The translations under genes were made by a program, and so were the position numbers. DNA of 64,000 nt from Antedon mediterranea. Taxonomy: Eukaryota; Animalia; Echinodermata. Position 1 is the stretch's first letter, and each line of letters begins with the position of its first letter. Below, in pieces: positions 10,201-26,100 of this stretch. The stretch is from contig NC_092676.1 in assembly GCF_964355755.1 (NCBI RefSeq), positions 12,696,771 to 12,760,770 on the forward strand, in the 5' to 3' direction. The notes under the pieces are model-generated. The model was not told the origin of the DNA, did no database searches, and saw only the letters and a list, made by a program, of their open reading frames with translations.

Positions 10201-13200
10201 TCGATGAAACTTGGTTACACAAAAACATCAAAGTGCTTAAAATCACATTTGAAACCGTTTTAGACCATTTTGAGCATTTCGATAAAACTTTTCACACAAA
10301 AAAATCAAAGTGCACAAAATAGCTTCAAATCGCATTTGGAGACGTTTTAGACTATTTTGTGCATTTTGAAAAAATTTGTTAACATAAAAAGACCAAAGTG
10401 TTTAGAATATCTCCAAATTGCATTTGGAGACGTTTTAAACCATTTTGTGCATTTCGATGGAACTTGGTTACACAAAAACATCAAAGTGCTTAAAATCACA
10501 TTTAAAACCGTTTTAGAGCATTTTGAGCATTTCGATAAAACTTTTCACACAAAAACATCAAATTGCACAAAATAGCTTAATATCGTGTTTGAAAACGTTT
10601 TAAACCATTTTGAGCATGTCGATAAAACTTTTCACACAAAAATATCAAAGCGCACAGAATATCTTCAAATCGCATTTAGAGACGTTTTAGACCATTTTGT
10701 GCATTTCGAAAAAATTTGTTAACATAAAAAGACCAAAGTGTTTAGAATATCTCCAAATCGCATTTGGAGACGTTTTAGACCATTTTGTGCATTTCGATGA
10801 AACTTGATTACACAAAAACATCAAAGTGCTTAAAATCACATTTAAAACCGTTTTAGAGCGTTTTGAGCATTTCGATAAACTTTTCACACAAAAACATCAA
10901 AGTGCACAAAATAGCTTCAAATCGCATTTAGAGATGTTTTAGACCATTTTGTGCATTTCGATAAAACTTTTCACACAAAAACATCAAATTGCACAAAAAA
11001 GCTTAATACCGTGTTTGAAATCGTTTTAAACCAATTTGAGCATGTCGAAAAAACTTTTCACACAAAAACATCAAAGTGCACAGAATATCTTCAAATCGCA
11101 TTTAGAGACGTTTTAGACCATTTTGTGCATTTCGAAAAAATTTGTTAACATAAAAAGACCAAAGTGTTTAGAATATCTCCAAATCGCATTTGGAGACGTT
11201 TTAGACCATTTTGTGCATTTCGATGAAACTTGGTTACACAAAAACATCAAAGTGCTTAAAATCACATTTGAAACCGTTTTAGAGCATTTTGAGCATTTCG
11301 ATAAAACTTTTCACACAAAAACATCAAAGTGTACAAAATAGCTTCAAATCACATTTGAAACCGTTTTAGACCATTTTGAGCATTTCGATAAAACTTTTCA
11401 CACAAAAACATCAAAGTGTACAAAATAGCTTCAAATCGCATTTGGAGACGTTTTAGACCATTTTGTGCATTTCGATGAAACTTGGTTACACAAAAACATC
11501 AAAGTGCTTAAAATCACATTTGAAACCGTTTTAGAGCATTTTTAGCATTTCGATAATACTTTTCACACAAAAACATCAAAGTGTACAAAATAGCTTCAAA
11601 TCGCATTTGGAGACGTTTTAGACCATTTTGTGCATTTCGATGAAACTTGGTTACACAAAAACATCAAAGTGCTTAAAATCACATTTGAAATCGTTTTAGA
11701 CCATTTTGAGCATTTCGATAAAACTTTTCACACAAAAAAATCAAAGTGCACAAAATAGCTTCAAATCGCATTTGGAGACGTTTTAGACTATTTTGTGCAT
11801 TTCGAAAAAATTTGTTAACATAAAAAGACCAAAGTGTTTAGAATATCTCCAAATCGCATTTGGAGACGTTTTAAATCATTTTGTGCATTTCGATGGAACT
11901 TGGTTACACAAAAACATCAAAGTGCTTAAAATCACATTTAAAACCGTTTTAGAGCATTTTGAGCATTTCGATAAAACTTTTCACACAAAAACATCAAAGT
12001 GTACAAAATAGCTTCAAATCGCATTTAGAGAGGTTTTAGACCATTTTGTGCATTTCGATAAAACTTTACACACAAAAACATCAAAGTGTACAAAATAGCT
12101 TCAAATCGCATTTAGAGACGTTTTAGACCATTTTGTGCATTTCGATAAAACTTTTCACACAAAAACATCAAATTGCACAAAATAGCTTAATATCGTGTTT
12201 GAAAACGTTTTAAACCATTTTGAGCATGTCGATAAAACTTTTCACACAAAAATATCAAAGTGCACAGAATATCTTCAAATCGCATTTAGAGACGTTTTAG
12301 ACCATTTTGTGCATTTCGAAAAAATTTGTTAACATAAAAAGACCAAAGTGTTTAGAATATCTCCAAATCGCATTTGGAGACGTTTTAGACCATTTTGTGC
12401 ATTTCGATGAAACTTGGTTACATAAAAACATCAAAGTGCTTAAAATCACATTTAAAACCGTTTTAGAGCGTTTTGAGCATTTCGATAAACTTTTCACACA
12501 AAAACATCAAAGTGCACAAAATAGCTTCAAATCGCATTTAGAGATGTTTTAGACCATTTTGTGCATTTCGAAAAAACTTTTCACACAAAAACATCAAATT
12601 GCACAAAATAGCTTAATACCGTGTTTGAAATCGTTTTAAACCATTTTGAGAATGTCGATAAAACTTTTCACACAAAAACATCAAAGTGCACAGAATATCT
12701 TCAAATCGCATATAGAGACGTTTTAGACCATTTTGTGCATTTCGAAAAAATTTGTTAACATTAAAAGACCAATGTGTTTAGAATATCTCCAAATCGCATT
12801 TGGAGACGTTTTAGACCATTTTGTGCATTTCGATGAAACTTGGTTACACAAAAACATCAAAGTGCTTAAAATCACATTTGAAACCATTTTAGAGCATTTT
12901 GAGCATTTCGATAAAACTTTTCACACAAAAACATCAAAGTGTACAAAATAGCTTCAAATCACATTTGAAACCGTTTTAGACCATTTTGAGCATTTCGATA
13001 AAACTTTTCACACAAAAACATCAAAGTGTACAAAATGGCTTCAAATCGCATTTGGAGACGTTTTAGAGCATTTTGAGCATTTCGATCAAACTTTTCACAC
13101 AAAAACATCAAAGTGTACAAAATAACTTCAAATCGCATTTAGAGACGTTTTAGACCATTTTGTGCATTTTGGTAAAACTTTTCACACAAAAACATCAAAT

Positions 13201-13949
13201 TGCACAAAATAGCTTAATATCGTGTTTGAAAACGTTTTAAACCATTTTGAGCATGTCGATAAAACTTTTCACATAAAAATATCAATGTGCACAGAATAGC
13301 TTCAAATCGCATTTGGAGACGTTTTAGACCATTTTGTGCATTTTGGTAAAAATTTTCACACAAAAACATCAAATTGCACAAAATAGCTTAATATCGTGTT
13401 TGAAAACGTTTTAAACCATTTTGAGCATGTCGATAAAACTTTTCACTCAAAAATATCAAAGTGCACAGAATATCTTCAAATCGCATTTAGAGACGTTTTA
13501 GACCATTTTGTGCATTTTGAAAAAATTTGTTAACATAAAAAGACCAAAGTGTTTAGAATATCTCCAAATCGCATTTGGAGACGTTTTAGACCATTTTGTG
13601 TTTTTCGAAAAAACTTTTCACACAAAAACATCAAAGTGTACAAAATTGCTTCAAATCGCATTTGGAGACGTTTTAGACCATTTTGTGCATTTTGGTAAAA
13701 CTTTTCACACAAAAACATCAAAATTCACAAAATAGCTTAATATCGTGTTTGAAAACGTTTTAAACCATTTTGAGCATGTCGATAAAACTTTTCACTCAAA
13801 AATATCAAAGTGCACAGAATATCTTCAAATCGCATTTAGAGACGTTTTAGACCATTTTGTGCATTTCGAAAAAAATTGTTAACATAAAAAGACCAAAGTG
13901 TTTAGAATATCTCCAAATCGCATTTGGAGACGTTTTAGACCATTTTGCG

Positions 13950-16540
13950 CATTTCGATGAAACTTGGTTACACAAAAACATCAAAGTGCTTAAAATCACA
14001 TTTAAAACCGTTTTAGAGCGTTTTGAGCATTTCGATAAACTTTTCAAACAAAAACATCAAAGTGTACAAAATAGCTTCAAATCGTATTTGGAGACGTTTT
14101 AGACCATTTTGTGCATTTCGATGAATCTTGGTTACACAAAAACATCAAAGTGCTTAAAATCACATTTAAAACCGTTTTAGTGCATTTTGAGCATTTCGAT
14201 AAAACTTTTCACACAAAAACATCAAAGTGCACAAAATAGCTTCAAATCGCATTTAGAGATGTTTTAGACCATTTTGTGCGTTTCGATAAAACTTTTCACA
14301 CAAAAACATCAAATTGCACAAAATAGCTTAATATCGTGTTTGAAAACGTTTTAGACCATTTTGAGCATGTCGATAAAACTTTTCACACAAAAACATAAAA
14401 GTGCACAAAATAGCTTCAAATCGCATTTAGAGATGTTTTAGACCATTTTGTGCGTTTCGATAAAACTTTTCACACAAAAACATCAAATTGCACAAAATAG
14501 CTTAATATCGTGTTTGAAAACGTTTTAGACCATTTTGAGCATGTCGATAAAACTTTTCACACAAAAACATAAAAGTGCACAGAATAGCTTCAAATCGCAT
14601 TTGGAGACGTTTTAGACCATTTTGTGCATTTCGAAAAAACTTTTTAACATAAAAACACCAAAGTGCTTAGAATAGCTTCAAATCGCATTTGGAGACGTTT
14701 TAGACCATTTTGTGCATTTCGATGAAACTTGGTTACACAAAAACATCAAAGTGCTTAAAATCACATTTGAAACCGTTATAGAGCATTTTTAGCATTTCGA
14801 TAAAACTTTTCACACAAAAACATCAAAGTGTACAAAATAGCTTCAAATCACATTTGAAACCGTTTTAGACCATTTTGAGCATTTCGATAAAACTTTTCAC
14901 ACAAAAACATCAAAGTGTACAGAATAGCTTCAAATCGCATTTGGAGACGTTTTAGACCATTTTGTGCATTTCGATGAAACTTGGTTACACAAAAACATCA
15001 AAGTGCTTAAAATCACATTTGAAACCGTTTTAGAGCATTTTTAACATTTCGATAATACTTTTCACACAAAAACATCAAAGTGTACAAAATAGCTTCAAAT
15101 CACATTTGAAACCGTTTTAGACCATATTGAGCATTTCGATAAAACTTTTCACACAAAAACATCAAAGTGTACAAAATAGCTTCAAATCGCATTTGGAGAC
15201 GTTTTAGACCATTTTGTGTATTTCGATGAAACTTGGTTACACAAAAACATCAAAGTGCTTAAAATCACATTTAAAACCGTTTTAGAGCGTTTTGAGCATT
15301 TCGATAAACTTTTCAAACAAAAACATCAAAGTGTACAAAATAGCTTCAAATCGTATTTGGAGACGTTTTAGACCATTTTGTGCGTTTCGATGAATCTTGG
15401 TTACACAAAAACATCAAAGTGCTTAAAATCACATTTAAAACCGTTTTAGTGCATTTTGAGCATTTCGATAAAACTTTTCACACAAAAACATCAAAGTGCA
15501 CAAAATGGCTTCAAATCGCATTTAGAGATGTTTTAGACCATTTTGTGCGTTTCGATAAAACTTTTCACACAAAAACATCAAATTGCACAAAATAGCTTAA
15601 TATCGTGTTTGAAAACGTTTTAGACCATTTTGAGCATGTCGATAAAACTTTTCACACAAAAACATAAAAGTGCACAAAATAGCTTCAAATCGCATTTAGA
15701 GATGTTTTAGACCATTTTGTGCGTTTCGATAAAACTTTTCACACAAAAACATCAAATTGCACAAAATAGCTTAATATCGTGTTTGAAAACGTTTTAGACC
15801 ATTTTGAGCATGTCGATAAAACTTTTCACACAAAAACATAAAAGTGCACAGAATAGCTTCAAATCGCATTTGGAGACGTTTTAGACCATTTTGTGCATTT
15901 CGAAAAAACTTTTTAACATAAAAACACCAAAGTGCTTAGAATAGCTTCAAATCGCATTTGGAGACGTTTTAGACCATTTTGTGCATTTCGATGAAACTTG
16001 GTTACACAAAAACATCAAAGTGCTTAAAATCACATTTGAAACCGTTATAGAGCATTTTTAGCATTTCGATAAAACTTTTCACACAAAAACATCAAAGTGT
16101 ACAAAATAGCTTCAAATCACATTTGAAACCGTTTTAGACCATTTTGAGCATTTCGATAAAACTTTTCACACAAAAACATCAAAGTGTACAGAATAGCTTC
16201 AAATCGCATTTGGAGACGTTTTAGACCATTTTGTGCATTTCGATGAAACTTGGTTACACAAAAACATCAAAGTGCTTAAAATCACATTTGAAACCGTTTT
16301 AGAGCATTTTTAACATTTCGATAATACTTTTCACACAAAAACATCAAAGTGTACAAAATAGCTTCAAATCACATTTGAAACCGTTTTAGACCATATTGAG
16401 CATTTCGATAAAACTTTTCACACAAAAACATCAAAGTGTACAAAATAGCTTCAAATCGCATTTGGAGACGTTTTAGACCATTTTGTGTATTTCGATGAAA
16501 CTTGGTTACACAAAAACATCAAAGTGCTTAAAATCACATT
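13950..16540 (+). repeat. Tandem duplication with a 1269 bp unit
   Basis: Three variant markers recur at +1269: 'gagcgttttgagc...ttttcaaac' 14016/15285, 'cgaaaaaactttttaacataaaaacacc' 14632/15901 and 'gtgtatttcgatg' 15216/16485. Confidence 0.9.
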
Positions 16541-19500
16541 TGAAAGCGTTTTAGAGCATTTTTAGCATTTCGATAATACTTTTCACACAAAAACATCAAA
16601 GTGTACAAAATAGCTTCAAATCGCATTTGGAGACGTTTTAGACCATTTTGTGCATTTCGATGAAACTTGGTTACACAAAAACATCAAAGTGCTTAAAATC
16701 ACATTTAAAACAGTTTTAGAGCATTTTGAGCATTTCGATAAAACTTTTCACACAAAAACATCAAAGGGTACAAAATAGCTTCAAATCGCATTTAAAGAGG
16801 TTTTAGACCATTTTGTGCATTTCGATAAAACTTTTCACACAAAAACATCAAAGTGTACAAAATAGCTTCAAATCGCATTTAGAGACGTTTTAGACCATCT
16901 TGTGCATTTCGATAAAACTTTTCACACAAAAACATCAAATTGCACAAAATAGCTTAATATCGTGTTTGAAAACGTTTTAAACCATTTTGAGCATGTCGAT
17001 AAAACTTTTCACACAAAAATATCAAAGTGCACAGAATATCTTCAAATCGCATTTAGAGACGTTTTAGACCATTTTGTGCATTTCGAAAAAATTTGTTAAC
17101 ATAAAAAGACCAAAGTGTTTAGAATATCTCCAAATCGCATTTGGAGACGTTTTAGACCATTTTGTGTTTTTCGAAAAAACTTTTCACACAAAAACATCAA
17201 AGTGTACAAAATTGCTTCAAATCGCATTTGGAGACGTTTTAGACCATTTTGTGATTTTCGAAAAACTTTTCACACAAAAACATCAAAGTGTAGAAAATTG
17301 CTTCAAATCGCATTTAGAGACGTTTTAGACCATTTTGTGCATTTCGAAAAAATTTGTTAACATAAAAAGACCAAAGTGTTTAGAATATTTCCAAATCGCA
17401 TTTGGAGACGTTTTAGACCATTTTGTGCATTTCGATGAAACTTGGTTACACAAAAACATCAAAGTGCTTAAAATCACATTTAAAACCGTTTTAGAGCGTT
17501 TTGAGCATTTCGATAAACTTTTCACACAAAAACATCAAAGTGCACAAAATAGCATTTAGAGATGTTTTAGACCATTTTGTGCATTTCGATAAAACTTTTC
17601 ACACAAAAACATCAAATTGCACAAAAAAGCTTAATACCGTGTTTGAAATCGTTTTAAACCAATTTGAGCATGTCGATAAAACTTTTCACACAAAAACATC
17701 AAAGTGCACAGAATATCTTCAAATCGCATTTAGAGACGTTTTAGACCATTTTGTGCATTTCGAAAAAATTTGTTAACATAAAAAGACCAAAGTGTTTAGA
17801 ATATCTCCAAATCGCATTTGGAGACGTTTTAAACCATTTTGTGCATTTCGATGGAACTTGGTTACACAAAAACATCAAAGTGCTTAAAATCACATTTGAA
17901 AGCGTTTTAGAGCATTTTTAGCATTTCGATAATACTTTTCACACAAAAACATCAAAGTGTACAGAATAGCTTCAAATCGCATTTGGAGACGTTTTAGACC
18001 ATTTTGTGCATTTCGATGAAACTTGGTTACACAAAAACATCAAAGTGCTTAAAATCACATTTGAAACCGTTTTAGAGCATTTTTAACATTTCGATAATAC
18101 TTTTCACACAAAAACATCAAAGTGTACAAAATAGCTTCAAATCGCATTTGGAGACGTTTTAGACCATTTTGTGCATTTCGATGAAACTTGGTTACACAAA
18201 AACATCAAAGTGCTTAAAATCACATTTGAAAGCGTTTTAGAGCATTTTTAGCATTTCGATAATACTTTTCACACAAAAACATCAAAGTGCACAAAATAGC
18301 TTCAAATCGCATTTAGAGATGTTTTAGACCATTTTGTGCATTTCGATAAAACTTTTCACACAAAAACATCAAATTGCACAAAATAGCTTAATACCGTGTT
18401 TGAAATCATTTTAAACCATTTTGAGCATGTCGATAAAACTTTTCACACAAAAACATCAAAGTTTTTAGAATATCTCCAAATCGCATTTGGAGACGTTTTA
18501 GACCATTTTGTGCATTTCGATGAAACTTGGTTACACAAAAACATCAAAGTGCTTAAAATCACATTTGAAACCGTTTTAGAGCATTTTGAGCATTTCGATA
18601 AAACTTTTCAAACAAAAACATCAAAGTGTACAAAATAGCTTCAAATCACATTTGAAACCGTTTTAGACCATTTTGAGCATTTCGATAAAACTTTTCACAC
18701 AAAAACATCAAAGTGTACAAAATAGCTTCAAATCGCATTTGGAGACGTTTTAGACCATTTTGTGCATTTCGATGAAACTTGGTTACACAAAAACATCAAA
18801 GTGCTTAAAATCACATTTGAAACCGTTTTAGAGCATTTTTAGCATTTCGATAATACTTTTCACACAAAACATCAAAGTGTACAAAATAGCTTCAAATCGC
18901 ATTTGGAGACGTTTTAGACCATTTTGTGCATTTCGATGAAACTTGGTTACACAAAAACATCAAAGTGCTTAAAATCACATTTGAAACCGTTTTAGACCAT
19001 TTTGAGCATTTCGATAAAACTTTTCACACAAAAAAATCAAAGTGCACAAAATAGCTTCAAATCGCATTTGGGGACGTTTTAGACTATTTTGTGCATTTCG
19101 AAAAAAATTGTTAACATAAAAAGACCAAAGTGTTTAGAATATCTCCAAATCGCATTTGGAGACGTTTTAAACCATTTTGTGCATTTCGATGGAACTTGGT
19201 TACACAAAAACATCAAAGTGCTTAAAATCACATTTAAAACCGTTTTAGAGCATTTTTAGCATTTCGATAAAACTTTTCACACAAAAACATCAAAGTGTAC
19301 AAAATAGCTTCAAATCGCATTTAGAGAGGTTTTAGACAATTTTGTGCATTTCGATAAAACTTTTCACACAAAAACATCAAAGTGTACAAAATAGCTTCAA
19401 ATTGCATTTAGAGACGTTTTAGACCATTTTGTGCATTTCGATAAAACTTTTCACACAAAAACATCAAATTGCACAAAATCGTTTTAAACCTTTTTAAATC

Positions 19501-20112
19501 GTTTTAAACCATTTTGAGCATGTCGATAAAACTTTTCACAAAAAACATCAAAGTGCACAGAATAGCTTCAAATTGCATTTGGAGACGTTTTAGAGCATTT
19601 TGTGCATTTCGATAAAATGTGTTAACATAAAAAGACCAAAGTGTTTAGAATATCTTCAAATCACATTTGGAGACGTTTTAGACCATTTTTTGCATTTCGA
19701 TGAAACTTGGTTACACAAAAACATCAAAGTGCTTAAAATCACATTTGAAACCGTTTTAGAGCATTTTGAGCATTTCGATAAAACTTTTCACACAAAAACA
19801 TCAAAGTGTACAAAATAGCTTCAAATCGCATTTGGAGACGTTTTAGACCATTTTGTGCATTTCGATGAAACTTGGTTACACAAAAACATCAAAGTGCTTA
19901 AAATCACATTTAAAACAGTTTTAGAGCATTTTGAGCATTTCGATAAAACTTTTCACACAAAAACATCAAAGTGTACAAAATAGCTTCAAATCGCATTTAG
20001 AGACGTTTTAGACCATTTTGTGCATTTCGATAAAACTTTTCACACAAAAACATCAAATTGCACAAATAGCTTAATACCGTGTTTGAAATCGTTTTAAACC
20101 ATTTTGAGCATG

Positions 20113-23100
20113 TCGATAAAACTTTTCACAAAAAAACATCAAAGTGCACAGAATAGCTTCAAATCGCATTTGGAGACGTTTTAAACCATTTTGTGCATTT
20201 CGATAAAACTTTTCACATAAAAACAACAAAGTGTACAAAATAGCTTCAAATCGCATTTGGAGACGTTTTAGACCATTTTGTGCATTTCGATGAAACTTGG
20301 TTACACAAAAACATCAAAGTGCTTAAAATCACATTTGAAACCGTTTTAGAGCATTTTGAGCATTTCGATAAAACTTTTCACACAAAAACATCAAAGTGTA
20401 CAAAATAGCTTCAAATCACATTTGAAACCGTTTTAGACCATATTGAGCATTTCGATAAAACTTTTCACACAAAAACATCAAAGTGTACAAAATAGCTTCA
20501 AATCGCATTTGGAGACGTTTTAGACCATTTTGTGTATTTCGATGAAACTTGGTTACACAAAAACATCAAAGTGCTTAAAATCACATTTGAAAGCGTTTTA
20601 GAGCATTTTTAGCATTTCGATAATACTTTTCACACAAAAACATCAAAGTGTACAAAATAGCTTCAAATCGCATTTGGAGACGTTTTAGACCATTTTGTGC
20701 ATTTCGATGAAACTTGGTTACACAAAAACATCAAAGTGCTTAAAATCACATTTAAAACAGTTTTAGAGCATTTTGAGCATTTCGATAAAACTTTTCACAC
20801 AAAAACATCAAAGTGTACAAAATAGCTTCAAATCGCATTTAGAGACGTTTTAGACCATTTTGTGCATTTCGAAAAAATTTGTTAACATAAAAAGACCAAA
20901 GTGTTTAGAATATCTCCAAATCGCATTTGGAGACGTTTTAGACCATTTTGTGCATTTCAATGAAACTTGGTTACACAAAAACATCAAAGTGCTTAAAATC
21001 ACATTTGAAACCGTTTTAGAGCATTTTTAGCATTTCGATAATACTTTTCACACAAAAACATCAAAGTGTACAAAATAGCTTCAAATCGCATTTAGAGAGG
21101 TTTTAGACCATTTTGTGCATTTCGATAAAACTTTTCACACAAAAACATCAAAGTGTACAAAATAGCTTCAAATCGCATTTAGAGACGTTTTAGACCATTT
21201 TGTGCATTTCGATAAAACTTTTCACACAAAAACATCAAATTGCACAAAATAGCTTAATACCGTGTTTGAAATCGTTTTAAACCATTTTGAGCATGTCGAT
21301 AAAACTTTTCACAAAAAAACATCAAAGTGCACAGAATAGCTTCAAATCGCATTTGGAGACGTTTTAAACCATTTTGAGCATTTCGATAAAACTTTTCACA
21401 CAAAAACATCAAAGTGTACAAAATAGCTTCAAATCGCATTTAGAGAGGTTTTAGACCATTTTGTGCATTTCGATAAAACTTTTCACACAAAAACATCAAA
21501 TTGCACAAAATAGCTTAATATCGTGTTTGAAAACGTTTTAAACCATTTTGAGCATGTCGATAAAACTTTTCACACAAAAATATCAAAGCGCACAGAATAT
21601 CTTCAAATCGCATTTAGAGACGTTTTAGACCATTTTGTGCATTTCGAAAAAATTTGTTAACATAAAAAGACCAAAGTGTTTAGAATATCTCCAAATCGCA
21701 TTTGGAGACGTTTTAGACCATTTTGTGCATTTCGATGAAACTTGATTACACAAAAACATCAAAGTCCTTAAAATCACATTTAAAACCGTTTTAGAGCGTT
21801 TTGAGCATTTCGATAAACTTTTCACACAAAAACATCAAAGTGCACAAAATAGCTTCAAATCGCATTTAGAGATGTTTTAGACCATTTTGTGCATTTCGAT
21901 AAAACTTTTCACACAAAAACATCAAATTGCACAAAAAAGCTTAATACCGTGTTTGAAATCGTTTTAAACCAATTTGAGCATGTCGAAAAAACTTTTCACA
22001 CAAAAACATCAAAGTGCACAGAATATCTTCAAATAGCATTTAGAGACGTTTTAGACCATTTTGTGCATTTCGAAAAAATTTGTTAACATAAAAAGACCAA
22101 AGTGTTTAGAATATCTCCAAATCGCATTTGGAGACGTTTTAGACCATTTTGTGCATTTCGATGAAACTTGGTTACACAAAAACATCAAAGTGCTTAAAAT
22201 CACATTTGAAACCGTTTTAGAGCATTTTGAGCATTTCGATAAAACTTTTCACACAAAAACATCAAAGTGTACAAAATAGCTTCAAATCGCATTTGGAGAC
22301 GTTTTAGACCATTTTGTGCATTTCGATGAAACTTGGTTACACAAAAACATCAAAGTGCTTAAAATCACATTTGAAATCGTTTTAGACCATTTTGAGCATT
22401 TCGATAAAACTTTTCACACAAAAAAATCAAAGTGCACAAAATAGCTTCAAATCGCATTTGGAGACGTTTTAGACTATTTTGTGCATTTCGAAAAAATTTG
22501 TTAACATAAAAAGACCAAAGTGTTTAGAATATCTCCAAATCGCATTTGGAGACGTTTTAAATCATTTTGTGCATTTCGATGGAACTTGGTTACACAAAAA
22601 CATCAAAGTGCTTAAAATCACATTTAAAACCGTTTTAGAGCATTTTGAGCATTTCGATAAAACTTTTCACACAAAAACATCAAATTGCACAAAATAGCTT
22701 AATATCGTGTTTGAAAACGTTTTAAACCATTTTGAGCATGTCGATAAAACTTTTCACATAAAAATATCAAAGTGCACAGAATAGCTTCAAATCGCATTTG
22801 GAGACGTTTTAGACCATTTTGAGCATTTCGATAAAACTTTTCACACAAAAACATCAAAGTGTACAAAATAGCTTCAAATCGCATTTAGAGAGGTTTTAGA
22901 CCATTTTGTGCATTTCGATAAAACTTTTCACACAAAAACATCAAATTGCACAAAATAGCTTAATATCGTGTTTGAAAACGTTTTAAACCATTTTGAGCAT
23001 GTCGATAAAACTTTTCACACAAAAATATCAAAGCGCACAGAATATCTTCAAATCGCATTTAGAGACGTTTTAGACCATTTTGTGCATTTCGAAAAAATTT

Positions 23101-26100
23101 GTTAACATAAAAAGACCAAAGTGTTTAGAATATCTCCAAATCGCATTTGGAGACGTTTTAGACCATTTTGTGCATTTCGATGAAACTTGATTACACAAAA
23201 ACATCAAAGTGCTTAAAATCACATTTAAAACCGTTTTAGAGCGTTTTGAGCATTTCGATAAACTTTTCACACAAAAACATCAAAGTGCACAAAATAGCTT
23301 CAAATCGCATTTAGAGATGTTTTAGACCATTTTGTGCATTTCGATAAAACTTTTCACACAAAAACATCAAATTGCACAAAAAAGCTTAATACCGTGTTTG
23401 AAATCGTTTTAAACCAATTTGAGCATGTCGAAAAAACTTTTCACACAAAAACATCAAAGTGCACAGAATATCTTCAAATCGCATTTAGAGACGTTTTAGA
23501 CCATTTTGTGCATTTCGAAAAAATTTGTTAACATAAAAAGACCAAAGTGTTTAGAATATCTCCAAATCGCATTTGGAGACGTTTTAGACCATTTTGTGCA
23601 TTTCGATGAAACTTGGTTACACAAAAACATCAAAGTGCTTAAAATCACATTTGAAACCGTTTTAGAGCATTTTGAGCATTTCGATAAAACTTTTCACACA
23701 AAAACATCAAAGTGTACAAAATAGCTTCAAATCACATTTGAAACCGTTTTAGACCATTTTGAGCATTTCGATAAAACTTTTCACACAAAAACATCAAAGT
23801 GTACAAAATAGCTTCAAATCGCATTTGGAGACGTTTTAGACCATTTTGTGCATTTCGATGAAACTTGGTTACACAAAAACATCAAAGTGCTTAAAATCAC
23901 ATTTGAAACCGTTTTAGAGCATTTTTAGCATTTCGATAATACTTTTCACACAAAAACATCAAAGTGTACAAAATAGCTTCAAATCGCATTTGGAGACGTT
24001 TTAGACCATTTTGTGCATTTCGATGAAACTTGGTTACACAAAAACATCAAAGTGCTTAAAATCACATTTGAAATCGTTTTAGACCATTTTGAGCATTTCG
24101 ATAAAACTTTTCACACAAAAAAATCAAAGTGCACAAAATAGCTTCAAATCGCATTTGGAGACGTTTTAGACTATTTTGTGCATTTCGAAAAAATTTGTTA
24201 ACATAAAAAGACCAAAGTGTTTAGAATATCTCCAAATCGCATTTGGAGACGTTTTAAATCATTTTGTGCATTTCGATGGAACTTGGTTACACAAAAACAT
24301 CAAAGTGCTTAAAATCACATTTAAAACCGTTTTAGAGCATTTTGAGCATTTCGATAAAACTTTTCACACAAAAACATCAAATTGCACAAAATAGCTTAAT
24401 ATCGTGTTTGAAAACGTTTTAAACCATTTTGAGCATGTCGATAAAACTTTTCACATAAAAATATCAAAGTGCACAGAATAGCTTCAAATCGCATTTGGAG
24501 ACGTTTTAGACCATTTTGTGCATTTTGGTAAAACTTTTCACACAAAAACATCAAATTGCACAAAATAGCTTAATATCGTGTTTGAAAACGTTTTAAACCA
24601 TTTTGAGCATGTCGATAAAACTTTTCACTCAAAAATATCAAAGTGCACAGAATATCTTCAAATCGCATTTAGAGACGTTTTAGACCATTTTGTGCATTTT
24701 GAAAAAATTTGTTAACATAAAAAGACCAAAGTGTTTAGAATATCTCCAAATCGCATTTGGAGACGTTTTAGACCATTTTGTGTTTTTCGAAAAAACTTTT
24801 CACACAAAAACATCAAAGTGTACAAAATTGCTTCAAATCGCATTTGGAGACGTTTTAGACCATTTTGTGCATTTTGGTAAAACTTTTCACACAAAAACAT
24901 CAAAATTCACAAAATAGCTTAATATCGTGTTTGAAAACGTTTTAAACCATTTTGAGCATGTCGATAAAACTTTTCACTCAAAAATATCAAAGTGCACAGA
25001 ATATCTTCAAATCGCATTTAGAGACGTTTTAGACCATTTTGTGCATTTCGAAAAAAATTGTTAACATAAAAAGACCAAAGTGTTTAGAATATCTCCAAAT
25101 CGCATTTGGAGACGTTTTAGACCATTTTGCGCATTTCGATGAAACTTGGTTACACAAAAACATCAAAGTGCTTAAAATCACATTTAAAACCGTTTTAGAG
25201 CGTTTTGAGCATTTCGATAAACTTTTCAAACAAAAACATCAAAGTGTACAAAATAGCTTCAAATCGTATTTGGAGACGTTTTAGACCATTTTGTGCGTTT
25301 CGATGAATCTTGGTTACACAAAAACATCAAAGTGCTTAAAATCACATTTAAAACCGTTTTAGTGCATTTTGAGCATTTCGATAAAACTTTTCACACAAAA
25401 ACATCAAAGTGCACAAAATAGCTTCAAATCGCATTTAGAGATGTTTTAGACCATTTTGTGCGTTTCGATAAAACTTTTCACACAAAAACATCAAATTGCA
25501 CAAAATAGCTTAATATCGTGTTTGAAAACGTTTTAGACCATTTTGAGCATGTCGATAAAACTTTTCACACAAAAACATAAAAGTGCACAAAATAGCTTCA
25601 AATCGCATTTAGAGATGTTTTAGACCATTTTGTGCGTTTCGATAAAACTTTTCACACAAAAACATCAAATTGCACAAAATAGCTTAATATCGTGTTTGAA
25701 AACGTTTTAGACCATTTTGAGCATGTCGATAAAACTTTTCACACAAAAACATAAAAGTGCACAGAATAGCTTCAAATCGCATTTGGAGACGTTTTAGACC
25801 ATTTTGTGCATTTCGAAAAAACTTTTTAACATAAAAACACCAAAGTGCTTAGAATAGCTTCAAATCGCATTTGGAGACGTTTTAGACCATTTTGTGCATT
25901 TCGATGAAACTTGGTTACACAAAAACATCAAAGTGCTTAAAATCACATTTGAAACCGTTATAGAGCATTTTTAGCATTTCGATAAAACTTTTCACACAAA
26001 AACATCAAAGTGTACAAAATAGCTTCAAATCACATTTGAAACCGTTTTAGACCATTTTGAGCATTTCGATAAAACTTTTCACACAAAAACATCAAAGTGT

